DNA of 63,012 nt, filler included, from Porpidia crustulata (lineage: Eukaryota), in assembly GCA_964255105.1 (NCBI GenBank). It is 8 parts of 8 records of this genome, joined end to end, with 100 filler letters (N's around TTAATTAATTAA, not from the genome) between each part and the next. Parts side by side here need not be neighbours in the genome. Positions count along the whole stretch, not along the records: positions 1 to 7,809 come from CAXUWE010001230.1; positions 7,910 to 15,711 come from CAXUWE010001231.1; 6 more parts are not named here. One strand, written 5' to 3'. Both the position numbers and the translations under genes were made by a program. Positions within the stretch are counted from its first letter, which is position 1. Each line of letters begins with the position of its first letter. The notes under the pieces are model-generated. The model saw only the letters and a list, made by a program, of their open reading frames with translations. It was not told where the DNA came from and made no database searches. Positions 1 through 13,282 of this stretch are shown in pieces.

Positions 1-390
1 ATTTGTGTGTGTGTTTTGGTGATGAGTGGGAAATCAATTCTGTGTGATGGATATTTGGTATGTCAGGCAAGGATATGGATGCCTGCATTGGTGCAATGCG
101 ACGGTTGCTGCTGTTCCCTTTCATCCAGGTTCTTCTGGAACCCCTCGATCATCGATATCAACAACAAACCTTCCCTTCACTTTTCATGTTGGAGGTAACG
201 GATGTTGAATCGGTGCGGCGACAATTACATGGGTCTTTCTATGGTACAGACGCAACTTGGTGCGTGTCTATGGATCGCGAGGTGAACCCAGCCATATCCA
301 TGCTGCTCTCCTCTCTCCCCGCGGCAGCACCCAACTCGAATTAGAAACCTATTGGGTAATAAGACAACACATGCTAGAACGGAGCTTCCC

Positions 391-3300
391 TCAATCCTCA
401 CCCCCTTCTCCGTCGGAATGGTATTCGAATTCTCGTGGCAGCTCGGCTTCTTCCGCCCCCTCACCATCTTCGTCGACTGCTGTCAACACCCCGGCAGCTT
501 CTGCGGCGCCCCCTGCGTCCCTCGTGGTTTCCCCAGTGCCCGTATCAGCGATCAGGTTGTATGCGGCGTTGACTCGGTCTTGGAGCGTTTCCGGTGCAGC
601 TGCAGCTTTGATGTTCTTCCTCGCTTTTAACTCTATGAGTGTTTTAGGTTCTGACGAGGTAGTGTCATTCAACAGGATTACACCCCCTGTTGGCTATTGT
701 TCGTTAGCATTGCTAGTATATTTTAAAATTGGTCGGAGAACAAACCTTCTTGACGGGCTCGTACCTCCCGTCAGGAAAGCTGATAAATTTCAATTGCGCA
801 GGAAGGATTCGAGACATGTTCTCAATGCTGTAGCCGACTTTTTCTCTCTCCATTCTTTTCTTTAGACCTTCGGCCTGAGACGCCGCTTCCTTTGACTCAT
901 CGCCGTCCTTCTTCTCAACGTCGTCCTCGACCTTGGTTGCAGGCTCGCCGGTATCCATCTTGTCACCCTGGCTTATCTTAGGAGTAGTAGGAGTAGGGTC
1001 AATGTCCATGCTTTCGCGTCTTTGCTGCTTCTCCTTCTTTTGTGCTCTGCGCTTGGCTTGCGCTGTAGTCGACAAGACTGCGGTCTTGACCTTCTCTGGT
1101 GCATCCTCGGTTTTCTGTTCCTGTTCTGGAGGATAGTCGAACAGGCTTGGCCGGGTAGCGCTATGAAATTTGAAACTAGGCACTTCCAGATCCTGATCTA
1201 GGCCAATGACCGACGTTGGCGTGAAGCTGAGGGATAGGAAATGGGTCAAAGGGAACCAATACCAATACTGAGTAAAGACGGTCATCCCAACTATACCGGC
1301 CATATTCAAGTTGCCAGTCTGAGTTAGTAGACTGATCGTGCAATTCCGGCCACCAGCATCGATGATCCCTAAAGAAATCGCACTGCCAAACTTGGTCATG
1401 GCATCTTCGTGTCGATCACCTATCGCTTTCTGCAATGTCTTTCGTATTGTCCCAACTTTCGGATTCATCGCTTCGTTTTGCTGTACCATGATCATGGAAA
1501 GAGCAATGAGTGCTCCTTGGCGTACAAAATCCGTCGGGTCTTTGATCATTGGCTCCAGTAAATCAATAGCCTCGTCTAAGCCAGTACCTGCACATGAGAT
1601 GCCTAGCGCCATAGCAGCGCCATACCGAACGTTAGGATTGTAAGATTCAGAGAGTAGCTCCACCATGCGAGGAACACTGTTCGGTTTCCTAAACAGAATG
1701 AAGCCAAGACTCATCACAGCCACTCGCCGTACATCGTCGCTAACATCACTGACTGCGACATGCAAAAGCTTTCGCACTGCTTTGTTGCTCCCCGTACCAC
1801 AGTATGCCAATGCAAGGGTTTGCATCCCACCATAACGCAATATAGGGTCTGGATCGTCCAGGAGTCCGTTGACTAACTCGTCAGCGCCTTCCTGCCGGCC
1901 GTACATAATGAGGGCCATTCCAAGCGCGAGACCGCGCACGATCTTTTCATGCTGGGTATCGTGTGCGTACTGGATCATGTCTTCGAGTGCCTTGACGTTC
2001 CCCGTCCCAAGCATGATCAAACCCATTGCGATGCCGATCGCTTCGCCATTCAGCGCGGAGTCTGTATACAATACGCCTCGAAGATCCTCATAGATGCCCT
2101 CATTGCCGGTAGCCATGCCCGCAACGCCAAGGCCTAGTGCGCCACCGTGTTGCACAACTTCTTCAGTAGCCTTTTTGAAGTGCTCACGAATAACGTCAAG
2201 AGCAAGGGTTTCGTGGTTGGCATAGATCAGTCCAAGAGCGTATAAGGAACCGCCTTGGCTGTAAGCCGAGCCTGTATTCGCCCCTGCAATCTGGTCCTTT
2301 GGTAGATATGGCTCCAATAACTTTTGCCCTTGTCCAAGATTACCACGGTGAATAACTCCAAGAGCAGCAGTAGCTGTAAATTTGGACCAGTTCACTGCCT
2401 TGCCTAGCCACTCCAGATTGTCGCGGAAGAATTTGTCGTTTGTAGTACCCGCATGCATGAAGGCATTGGCAAGAGTCACAGCCGTATGAAATATTGAGTT
2501 CCTAGCTTCGAGACTGTCTTTGATCTTGTTCAAGATACTCATATCGGTATGATTGTTTCGGTATAAAAATTCTAAATCTAGCTCGATAGTCTTCGTGCCT
2601 TGCAATATCTCTCGTATTGAATCGAAGGCTTTCTCAGCTTCTGTTGACAAAGGTTCTTCTTTTTTGGACAGATCCTCGAGAGATGACGATGGAGCGCCAG
2701 ATGTGCCGTTTGGCGCTGAGAGGAGGTGATCTGTCTCCTTGGCGTTGTCCTCGTTGTCCTCGTCCATCCGATCTCCATTTTCTGCAGCTGAAGTCGTTGA
2801 AGACCCCGGAGCCAGTGGCAGCTCTTCCCTTACCTTTTTCAAAAATTCTTGCGTACTATTGTCATACAAATCGAAAGCGATTTGATACGCCACAGCAAGA
2901 GACTTTGAATCACTTTTCTTGACCAATCTAGCCAGCATCTCGGATGCCATTGAGTGTTCGTTCAGGTATACTATGCACTTTGCAATAGAAAAGTAATCCG
3001 GAGAGGGGATATCGTTCAATAGGTCGAGTATAAGCCGTAGTAGCTACATGTAGGTACAAAATTAGCAAGCGAACTTGAATCATCCTAAAAGGATCGTATA
3101 CCTGGTTTCGCAGTGAACGCTCCTGCACCACATCCATGCATATCTCAAGAACGTACTCCATTAATTCTTCTCCTCGTCCTACGGAAGCTCCCCCAGCCTT
3201 GTTCTCTTTTCTCTCATCCTTAGTCGCTCGGAGGATAGTTTTGCGCAGGACTTCCAAATTCCGGGCCTCTACAGCGATTCCCACCACCTGCCTGTAACTA

Positions 3301-3950
3301 CCGTCTTGAAAACAACGCTCAAATAACTGATCTATTATCTGATGCAGCTGTTTTTGTATTCCCCTCTGCGATGCAAGCGAATTCGGTAACGAGCTTGACG
3401 CACTGGTGACGCCTTGTAATGACGGATCGAACGTGGTTGAACTATCTTGGCGGGAGAGAAGTGATTTCGATGGAAGTGTAGATTGGGAGAAAGGAGTTGT
3501 TGGCGATGCAAGGCTGGCGGAGATACTTGAAGCACCATTTGTCGTCGAGGGGAAGGCAGTCATTAGCTGTGGCGGAGGCTGATTTGTACTCGTAGCAGGA
3601 GCGGTATCGGATAATGCTATGTAAGTATCTACACACTTCGATATTATTGTGTCCTCAAACTCCCCCTCGTGGTCTATGTCGAATAGTCTTCCAGCACAAA
3701 GGGCAAAAACCATGCTCTCGTTATATTCTTGCAGGTTGTAATAGACTTTGGCTGCGACCAGAGCTGCAAGCTCACGTTCAGGGAATGCTGGATCCTCGTA
3801 GAGGGCTTCTATATCCCCAACTGAGCCTGCGACTTCGGTCCATAACGAGTCGATCTGCTCGTTCAATTTCCTCAGCGCAAATATTTGCAGCTCGTGATCA
3901 GGCTCCGATAGGAAACCTACGACACCTGCGGCCGAGGTCAAACCGACCAT
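391..3950 (-). CDS. RPN2: 26S proteasome regulatory subunit Rpn2 (3 exons: 3950-3102, 3043-746, 693-391)
   Basis: N-terminus MVGLTSAAGVVGFLSE, PC repeats (HGGALGLG, RYGAAMALGISCAGTG), VLSTTAQAKRR and acidic C-terminus. GT-AG introns 3044-3101 and 694-745 restore the frame. Confidence 0.97.
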
Positions 3951-4769
3951 AGTGATTTACCTTGCGTACCTGTCAATGAGAATTTTGCCGATGAACTGCG
4001 GTGATAGCTCGACCGAGGAAGCTTCGATCCGAGCTGCGGCGATATAGTGAACTAGGAATATTTGATCAACGTAATAGATGAACTTGGTGAAGGTCACGAG
4101 TGTTAGAGGCCTGAAGGAGAGTGATAGGAGGACTGATTATTCTCCCTGTATCAGAGAGGTGTGATGAAGAGCTGAACGTGGATAGTCAAAGCTTCTGTGC
4201 GTACGACACGGTAAGGTAACCACCTAGCCACGTCAAGTAGGTTATGTAAGCTGGCTTTCCGGCCAACAGGGGTGTCAAAAGTCATTGCATAATCTTGATG
4301 GACTTGTGTCGCTTAATTCGTATAATAACTTCTGGCACCCCCTGTGAGCGGCTCTGACTCGCTTATACAGTTTATGCATTTGATGTATGACAGAGAAGCT
4401 ACCAGTGGGTAAATTTTGATAAACATGAAGCATCAATACTACCAGCTTTAGTAGTATCAAATGGACTCACTCGCGTCCATTTGTACATGTACAGTCCTCA
4501 ATGCTGTTACTTGATACATTAATTTGCCTAAAATACCATCAAACGTGGAACCTGAGCTTTGATCCAAGTCCGGAGTTCACGCATTCCCCTTTGGAGGAAG
4601 CCGTTTATTTGACGTCGCCGCAGACCGCTGCAATAAAGGGACTGCTTTATCTTACCTCGTCTACGAGCCTAGGAGCACCCGGGGACGTACTCTGTGGAAA
4701 GAATCCACTACACCGATATTGTGGCGGCCAAGTGATTAGTGCAGCGGAGTGATTGGTCCGGCGAGAGCC

Positions 4770-7652
4770 ATGGATATACGGTCAATAATTGACTCTGATG
4801 CCTCAAGCACTGCTCCGCGTCGATCAGCTCCAAATCAACAGCAAGAGAAGGGACCAGAGCACCAGTATCATACGCTGACTTCTCAGCGCTCTCACGAATC
4901 ATACCCCCCCGTGTACCATGGGCGCCGAGAGCAAAGGCCACCGCAGCCCCCGCCTCTGCAGCCACCAGCGCAGAGCGAATTGCGTTCTCCTGGCTCTGTA
5001 TCATATAGCGCGGCTCCTTCGCCATACCAGCAGCTTCCTGTGTCTGCTGCTGGAAATGGACAATATCCTTTCCCTCCTAACGCAAATCAGAGCCCTATAC
5101 ACAGCTTCCACCCTCCGCAGTTTCAACAGCGAGAAAGTAGCACACCTTCGGTGGATGTTAGATATCAAGTCCATGGACAGCCAACATCGCTACCGCAAAC
5201 ACCAACCGCCGTAACACCTGGCAGTGCTCATTCTTATTCCCAACCGCAACGGCCTCCGTCCTCCCATTCAGCAACAACTCCTACTTCAGCGAAGCATCAA
5301 GTCTCGACTCTCCTCAGGGATAGCCCACAAGTTTTACATACCCAAGCACGCGGTCCTCCTCAGCCATATATAAACCAGCAGTACCTCTCACAACCTGGGA
5401 CCCCCCTGGGACCTCCTCCCGCATATGGCAGACCGCCCATGGGCTTACGGAGAGAATCGTCAGATCCATACGATCACGGGCGTACTCACTCAAGCGGTTC
5501 CCTCGGAAATCAATCAGTATCGGCGCTTTTACCGTCTACAGAACTGCATGGATCTTTAGGGGGCCCGCATCCATCAATTCGCTCTCAGCGACCTCCTCCT
5601 GCATCCCAGACACATGTCAGCCATAATGGCCGTGAGAGGAGTCTAAGTGTCAGCCCAAAGACACGGCTACCCAGTCAAGCAAGCATTGAAGCCCCAAATT
5701 GGTTGCCGGATCAAACACGCTCACTAAGTTGCCAAATGACTCCTGCGAAACGGAAAATTAGGGAAGATCGATCAGACAGTAGCTACGGATACTCTCAACC
5801 ACAAGAACAGACGCAATCTCGGACCTCCTCGATCGGAGTGAACAGCATATTGAATGTGCCACCAGCAGATGAAGTGGATAAAGAGAACAAAGAATACTCT
5901 TTTTCAGGGCGACAGCCTACAAACTCGCTTGCTAATATTGTTACCGATACAAACCATGTACCCTATGTCCAGAAACAACAAAACCAAACTTCAGCGTCAT
6001 GCACGCCCATATCGGCCTCCGGACCGAGTGGAGTGCCGATTGCCTCAAGTCGACCAGTCTCCCGAGATATGGCTATTTCTGGTAGCTCGTCAGCCACTCT
6101 CATTGGTCCGCAGTCGCTGACACCTCAGCTTCCGTCACATCAGCCATCGCCCGCACCACACGCATACCCTGATTCTCCTGCATCTTTGTCGGTTCCAGTG
6201 TGTTCAAGTTCTACAATGCCTCCCAAGTCTATAACCAAACTACCAATCAAAACAGAAAATCTAGATACGAAAGCAAGTTCTGCCGTGTCGTCCCTTCGAG
6301 CGGTCAGAAAAAGGCTCCGTCCAGGAGAAATCCCAATATTTGCACAATCTATTCGTAAAGCAGGCCGGGGCGCAAGTGGTCATCCATTACCGCCTAATAG
6401 ACCAGCGAAAGGAATAGGCGCTCCGGTGGCTAAACAGGAAACAGATGATGTCAAAAAGCTACCACCGCAGCAGCAACCTTCTCAGCCGATCAACGAAGAA
6501 GTCAATGGTCATGCGCGCGTCAGTAATGAGGGGGCATTACTCCCTACTCAGCCACAACTTGGAAACCGCGGACCTCTTGGACCGTGGGAGCCGAGTTTCC
6601 TTAATACGATCCCTTACGATGAGGTTACGCGGCGCATCTCGGATTTCCTTTTTCAGGAGGTGGTTCTAAGGGGTGATGTTGGTACGGGCCCGGCCGGAGG
6701 TATACCTGGTCCAGACGCGGTTCTGGAAATAGAAGCAAAGATTGGGCATCTTATCGATAAGCACACAAATGACCGCCTCCGGCTGCCGGTCATGACAGAG
6801 TGTGTGCTTGACAAACGCGATCCTAGTTTGAGGGTACAGTTCCAAAGTTCCATGACTGAGGTAAGCCGGTTGAATTTTTGCTACGCCAGATGCGGAGTCC
6901 ATTGAAACTAACACTCCTACAGGCGCAACACCGCAAACTTAATCAATTCTTGAACCGGGCCCTCGTGGAGTCCAAACCTACGCCCACGAAATCCCGCATC
7001 CCCATGGATTACATCCACAAGAGGGAATGCGACACCTTCTACGAGCTCTCCCAGGCCGGCATGCTTAATCTCCCCGGTTCCATACGCGGTCAATTGAACC
7101 CGCGCCACAACAATGCCAAAGTCCGTATCACCACCGACCAGAAGACCGGTGAAGTGAAAGCCAAGATCGTGAAAGTGCGCGTTGCAGACATTGACGTCTT
7201 CAGCCCTCTCGCGGCATTCGACTGGCGTGTCAGCGTCAACCTGGAAATGAACTTTGACGGCGACATGAAGGATCTCATCGAGCCTACATCGCTGGACGGC
7301 AGGCGACCAGACAGGAACAAGGACCGCGTGAGCTACAAGCATCTATTCTACACCATCGATTTGACGCAGGTGACGTCCGCCGATGTAAGTCATCCCGCTC
7401 GGATGAAAATCCCCCTCCCACTCCTCAAGATGCCACCTCATCGACGACGACGACGGCACCCACTCACCGCTAACCTTTCCAAACCAGGCCTCTTCCAAAA
7501 CCGAAAAGGAACACGAACTCGAAATCGAAATCTCGGCCGACGAGGTCAAGCGCCAAGGCCAGCTGCTGCAAGCCAACCAGACCAGCCAGTACGAGGATCT
7601 GGTCCGCGGGTTCGCGGATAATGTGCGGATCCTCGTGCGGCATTGCAAGTAG
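4770..7652 (+). CDS. CET1: mRNA-capping RNA 5'-triphosphatase (CYTH/TTM fold) with long P/Q/S-rich N-terminus; exons 4770-6860, 6923-7384, 7488-7652
   Basis: Motif A LEIEAKIG, KVRITTDQKTG, DWRVSVNLE, RNKDRVSY, and motif C EHELEIEI after splicing introns 6861-6922 and 7385-7487. Confidence 0.93.
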
Positions 7653-7809
7653 CAGTGCGGGGGAGCAGAGACGCTTTGGCCGATGGAGCCTAGTTTGATT
7701 GATCGACGATGCGCTACTTTGTACCTTTCAGCGCCATTGCCATTGTTTGTTTAGGTCTTTTTAGGAAGATTTTGGGAGAGAGATATGTGATACCCGGCGA
7801 GTTTTATGT

Positions 7810-7909
7810 NNNNNNNNNNNNNNNNNNNNNNNNNNNNNNNNNNNNNNNNNNNNTTAATTAATTAANNNNNNNNNNNNNNNNNNNNNNNNNNNNNNNNNNN
7901 NNNNNNNNN
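7810..7909. other. Artificial contig linker N44-TTAATTAATTAA-N44 (also at 15712-15811, 23613-23712, 31508-31607, 39398-39497, 47275-47374, 55149-55248)
   Basis: Identical 100-nt spacer with stops in all six frames occurs seven times; the flanking contigs are size-sorted. Confidence 0.99.
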
Positions 7910-10900
7910 CCCCTTCAGCAGCCCACCCCCCCATAGCAGCGACATCAGCAACGGTGCTATCCTCGCTCCTTTCCTTGACCAATTCGAACCCTTCAATACC
8001 GTCCTTACTCAAATCAACACTAACACTCCATGTCTTGAGCTTTTGATCGTTACTCGCTGTAGTGAATCTCAGCCGCTGCTTCTTGTCTGGTGGCCTTTCG
8101 GATTTTCTGGGGGTCAGGCATTGCACGGCCGTGATGGCAGAAGCGTGGGCATTGGGGATGAGGATGGTGGAGTGGAGAGGCTTGTCTCCCAAAAGGACTG
8201 GGTAGGGAGTGATTCGTGTGAATGCCAGTGCGCCATCATCGCCAGCAGTGGTAAGGAGAACATCTGTAAGGGTGAGGGAGGTAGTTATTAAAGCCTTGAT
8301 TGTGCTTTGGTGAAGAGGACTCCGGATGCTCCAGCTTAGCGTGGATATTGGAGTATTAGCGGGTTCTGGCGGTTGGTGTGTCAATTTTCTGCTCTGCCTG
8401 CTTAATGAGAAGCCGTGAGTAGCTAATGCTAGAGTCAAGGGCCAGAAAGCCACATGACCATCGGTGCTTGCTGTACAGAAATAGATGCTGTGACCTAGAT
8501 GAATATGACTTATCTGGGTGAGGCAGGCGGTGGTATAAGATCCAGACAACATGATTTCAAAGGGTTGTTCCTCAACGCCGGGAGTGTAGTGGTAAATCTA
8601 GGCGCATCAGCTAAGATCGGGTGATGTGATATCGGTACCAAGTCTCACCCGTAATGAAGAGTCCGAGTAGATCAGGCTTAAAATGTAATGATGACCTACT
8701 GAGTCCTCAATCTCACTATCTCTAACGTAGATTTCCATGATATCAAAATCCATGATCCGCAAATCACGCGATTCCGTCACAGATGGAAATCGCGCCTCAA
8801 TAACGATCCCAATGCCGATACAAGGCACAGGTCGCACTCGCCAGATGAAAAACTCCTCAAACCCTCCTGCACTGAATAAATATCTTCCATCAGAAGACCA
8901 CTTCAGCTGCTGAATACCCGTCGCATGGTTCGTGAAGATTCCTAGACACTTGAAGTTCTTTTTCACATGGTCATTTTTCTCTGTATTGTAGCTAAAGATA
9001 CGGATCGCAGTATCCTCGGCACCAGTGGCTATGAACTTGATCCAGTCGCTTATATCGTCTTCCAGTCGAGATGAGATTGTCATGGCTTTGATCTCTCGAC
9101 CATGGCCACCATCTCGGAAAACTTCAGGTGAGGTTTCTGTCTGCGAGTAAACGTTACAAACGGATGCCTTCGTCCATACAAGACTGCCTGAACTCCTTTG
9201 GTCTCTATCGAATCTGTACGCCCAGTTTCGATTTGCACCCCCACACTCCACTGTCATCACTTCGACTCTCTTAGTCTCGTTCCATACCACGAAGTTTTTG
9301 CCACGAAAGCCCCAGAGAAGTAAATCATTCGAGGCTTGAATAAATGTGGCGCCTTCTAAACTGGGGCCAAACGGCGGAGCACAAGTATGCACTGTATGGA
9401 GGTGTATATGCGTTTCTTCGTGCTCTTTCCGCTCCACAAGTAGTTGATGGATCCTGTAGTTTCCGTCCCGGCTCGTGGTCAGAATGTAAGATCCTTGGGA
9501 GTAGTCGGCCGAGTCTACTACTGGTACCCCTTCAATTGTTGTAACGGCATCCCCACTATGTCCAACTATGTGGTCTGAGATGTAGCCACTTGTAATTGAG
9601 CTTTTCTCATTGTAGAGATCGTATACTAACAGACGCCCACTGCGGGATCCCAATACAAGAAGACTATGGGCTATAATAAATAAGGAGCTGGTAGGAGTGG
9701 AATTTGGGAGATTTTGGGGGAGTTCAATGATTTTGTGATGGAAAATTTTAATTGTCTTGTAATCTGCTGGAACATTCCGAAAACCATTGAGATCATGTCC
9801 GCTGATCCCGATAATCAAGAAATGTCCTATTGACGAATTCAGGCACGATGCAAAGGCTACTATACCAAAAGAGATATTTTCCTCCCCTTGCGACAGATAG
9901 CTCGAGCTGAGCGGAAGTTCCTGGGCCAAGAGACAAGCGATCTTGCCTGAGAGTTTTATGACAGGACAGAATTGCTGGGGATATCGATATATGTATATCA
10001 TGCCGTCGCTTCCGCCGAGTAAGATAGCGTTTGACGACTGAATGTTTGCTATGATGCAGGATGACCTCAACTCGTTTATTTGACCGACATTCTCCCAAGA
10101 CACTAGCAGAAGATTTTCACCTGTCCTTCGTATACTATCAGAAGCCTTCGCCTTGTTTATGAGAGTTCCCACTAGAATATTGCCATATTGAGTGGAAGTA
10201 ATAAATCGATCTTCATCGAGCCATGCATAATTCTTGAAGGAATCTATGTTAGCCGAAGCAGTCTTTTGCTTCGTGGCCCCCGTACTAGCGGCTTCTGGTA
10301 AATCGTTCGTAGATATAGTGTTTTTAATTAACGGCTTGAAGTCCAGCTCTCGAACGTATGACGCGGCTGCAGTGTATTCTTTGTTCGGTCCTTTGACAGT
10401 ATAAGTCACTGCCCATTGAAGCAACTCTGCCTCTTTTATCTGGAAAATGTATTCTGCTTGATAATCATCCTGAACACACAAATGATAGCCTTTTGCACAC
10501 CGTGATAGTATACTGTCTTTCCCATTCAAAAAGTCCATTTTCTCGAATTCCAGAGCATGAAATAGATAATCTACAGACCAATGGTCCACTGTGGAGACAA
10601 ACCATATGGAAATAGTATCTGTACTTGCCTGATAACGGTAGACATACTGACGTGTCGCCTGCATGACGAACCCTTGTTCAGTGGTGAACTTGCCACTCTC
10701 GCTGTAGAGATATTCAAGGTCGAAGGCAATATCGGTAGGCTCTCTTGCCTCAAACACGGCCCGTCCCTCAAAAAGTCCCGATGGATAAGTTGAGATAACA
10801 CTATTTAGATTACGACGAAGCAGCCACTTTCCTGAGAGGCACTGAATCAATGCTTTTCGGGTCGAGCTTGATTGATCACATGTATTACAAGGAGCTCTGG

Positions 10901-12288
10901 TATTCTCTGCACGGGCTTCTGTATCTCTGTAAACTTGTTTGATGGTCCATCGACAGGAGAGTGCATTTGCAGCTTGTGACGGATCTTTTGTTCCAGGAGC
11001 GTAAGAGATGATTCGCCCATCAGCTCCCCCCGTAGACAATAGAAACTCGCTACAAGAATTTTGAATTTCAGCTATAGCCCAGATGTTTTTTCCGTAATGA
11101 AACGCATGGGTAGACTGATGACGCAGAGTCACAGCTTGGAAATTTGCCGTCTTGCTCGAGATTCGAGCAGTAGAATCAAACGCCAGCTGCCAGACCTGAA
11201 CTGTGCTGTCCTCCCCGTACGAGACCAAGTTCCAAGTATCCTTCTGTCGTAGCAGAAATTGCAACCCCCATATTCGCGAGCTATGGGCCATTGCTGTGGC
11301 TAAACATGAGCCCGATTCGCTTTGAGCAACATCACGAGAGCGTTCAATCGTATATGCGCCCAATAATTCTTTAGTATCATTAGGAAATGCGTCACTTTCC
11401 AAACTCGAGATATCCCATATCCTGATGGTGCGATCATCACTACAACTGGCTAGTATACGTTTAGGAAGGTTAATATTGGGATGATATATTTCTTCAGAAA
11501 TCCTTACACCAAAGACAGAACCTTCGTGGCCTGTGAATGTGTAGTGTAAAAGACTAGAAGGTGCCTTTTCAGGATAAATGGAATGTGAATTGATAAGAAA
11601 TGACCACAAAATTACCTCACCAAAAGCAGTTCCTGCTGCGACGAGGCCACGTTTGCCGGGCTGCCAGACCACATGTGCAGAGTATAAGATAGAACGCGGA
11701 CCTGCCGCAATCAGGCACAGATTGGGTAATGTTTCAGACTTGTCCTCAGAGCCAGCGTCGAGGCTGAAGGTCAAGACAGTATTATGTGCGGTCACTAGTA
11801 CTGCTTTGCAGATATGTGAGGCAGAGTTAGACACAGGACCATCTGAAGCTACCTGGGTAAAGCATGCATCAAATATCCAATCGTCTGCTTGGATTTCTTG
11901 TGCAATTCGCCGAGTGTGGATTCCAAAACGATCTATGGCATTTGGTGCCTGCTCGATGACGATTAGGCTTACGGAACGGCCACCCCATACCACCACAGCT
12001 CCGGACCAACTTTCATCACTATCGCCCTTTGTGGTGGGCCCAATACAGAAGCCATGGAGAACCTGAGATTCAAAGACTTGCTCAGAATCGAGTAGCTGAT
12101 GTGTATTATGGTCGTAAACTCGTAAGAAAGGCCCTTCGCCGGCCACGAGTAGTTTCCTTGATCCGAACTCCAGAAACGCCAAAACAGTCACGGGATTTAG
12201 AATATGGTCAACCTAGGGCATATAATGTCATTAATTGATCTTGCTCTACATCAGGATCGACGTAGCTGACCTCCAAGTGATCATGCAT
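7910..12288 (-). CDS. TRM734: WDR6/Trm734 (Rtt10)-like WD40 protein, tRNA 2'-O-methylation cofactor, with an internal DUF6314-like domain; 3' truncated by contig end
   Basis: SILYSA, AAGTAFGEVILW, GHEGSVFGV, LASCSDDRTIRIWD, VECGGANRNW, GGHGREIKA, ATGAEDTAIRI. An 18-nt first exon (12288-12271) and introns 12213-12270 and 8598-8648. Confidence 0.88.
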
Positions 12289-12533
12289 CTGGACCAAATG
12301 TAGTATCTTCAAAAGACTAGGCAGGCCGAAAGACGAACTCATTAGAACCGTATGATTGGTTGAAGTCGCTTTGACGCCGAAGCGCCCCAACCGCTGGCTG
12401 AGCTTTCCCTAATAAGGCTGCGCTATCAAATTTTTGATAAATCTTGGGATTCCCGAAGCACAAAATAGGACAGTCTAGGCAAATTTAAAGTCTAACCACA
12501 CCAAATAGACAGCTCCCCTTCGCCTCCTAGAAA

Positions 12534-13282
12534 ATGTCCTCTTCCCCCACCCCTGAGCAGCGTGAGAAGAAAGACGCGGAGGCCCGCGCAAAGGAAGCCG
12601 CAGAACAAGCCCAACTCCCCTACAAGTGGACCCAAACAATCGGCGACCTTGACATCACTATCCCCGTTCCCGCCAATCTTCGCGGCCGCGACATAAATGT
12701 TATAATCACCAAAACCCACCTCAAAGCGGGTGTAAAAGGGCAGGACCCAATAATAGACGTAATTATTTCCCTTCAAGTTCTCTACTATACCGTCTTCTAG
12801 TTCCAGCTAAATTCCGGTACACTCGTAGGGTCCAATGCCACACCCCGTACACGCCGATGAATCAACCTGGACGCTCGAGTCCCTGCCCTCGAACCTCAAA
12901 GAAATATCCATCCACCTAGACAAGTCCAACAAGATGGAATGGTGGCCCTCGGTGACAACGAACGCACCTTTCAAGATCGACACGAGCAAGATCACGCCGG
13001 ATAACAGTAAGCTGGGGGATCTGGACGGGGAGACGAGGGGAATGGTAGAGAAGATGATGTATGATCAGCGGCAGAAGGAAATGGGGAAGCCAACGAGCGA
13101 TGAGAGTAAGAAGATGGATATGTTGAAAAAGTGAGTATATTACTCTCATGAGATTTCTTACTCCAGAAGAATTGGAACGTATCGGGATCTGTGAGATAAA
13201 AAGGTTGCGGCTAATATATTGTGTTTTCAGGTTCCAGGAGCAGCATCCGGAGATGGATTTCAGTAATGCGAAGATGGGCTAA
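12534..13282 (+). CDS. nudC: Nuclear movement protein NudC (CS/p23 domain); exons 12534-12758, 12829-13130, 13231-13282
   Basis: [51 protein letters not shown] and spliced C-terminus [17 protein letters not shown]. Confidence 0.96.

Noticed and set aside
257..865. 202-aa plus-strand ORF and the many other short antisense ORFs in the track
   Set aside because: Shadows of real genes on the opposite strand (here RPN2); no recognisable motifs.
12213..12221. Apparent ATG-CCC-TAG premature stop at the start of the WDR6-like gene
   Set aside because: The TAG is the acceptor of intron 12213-12270; the true first exon is MHDHLE.
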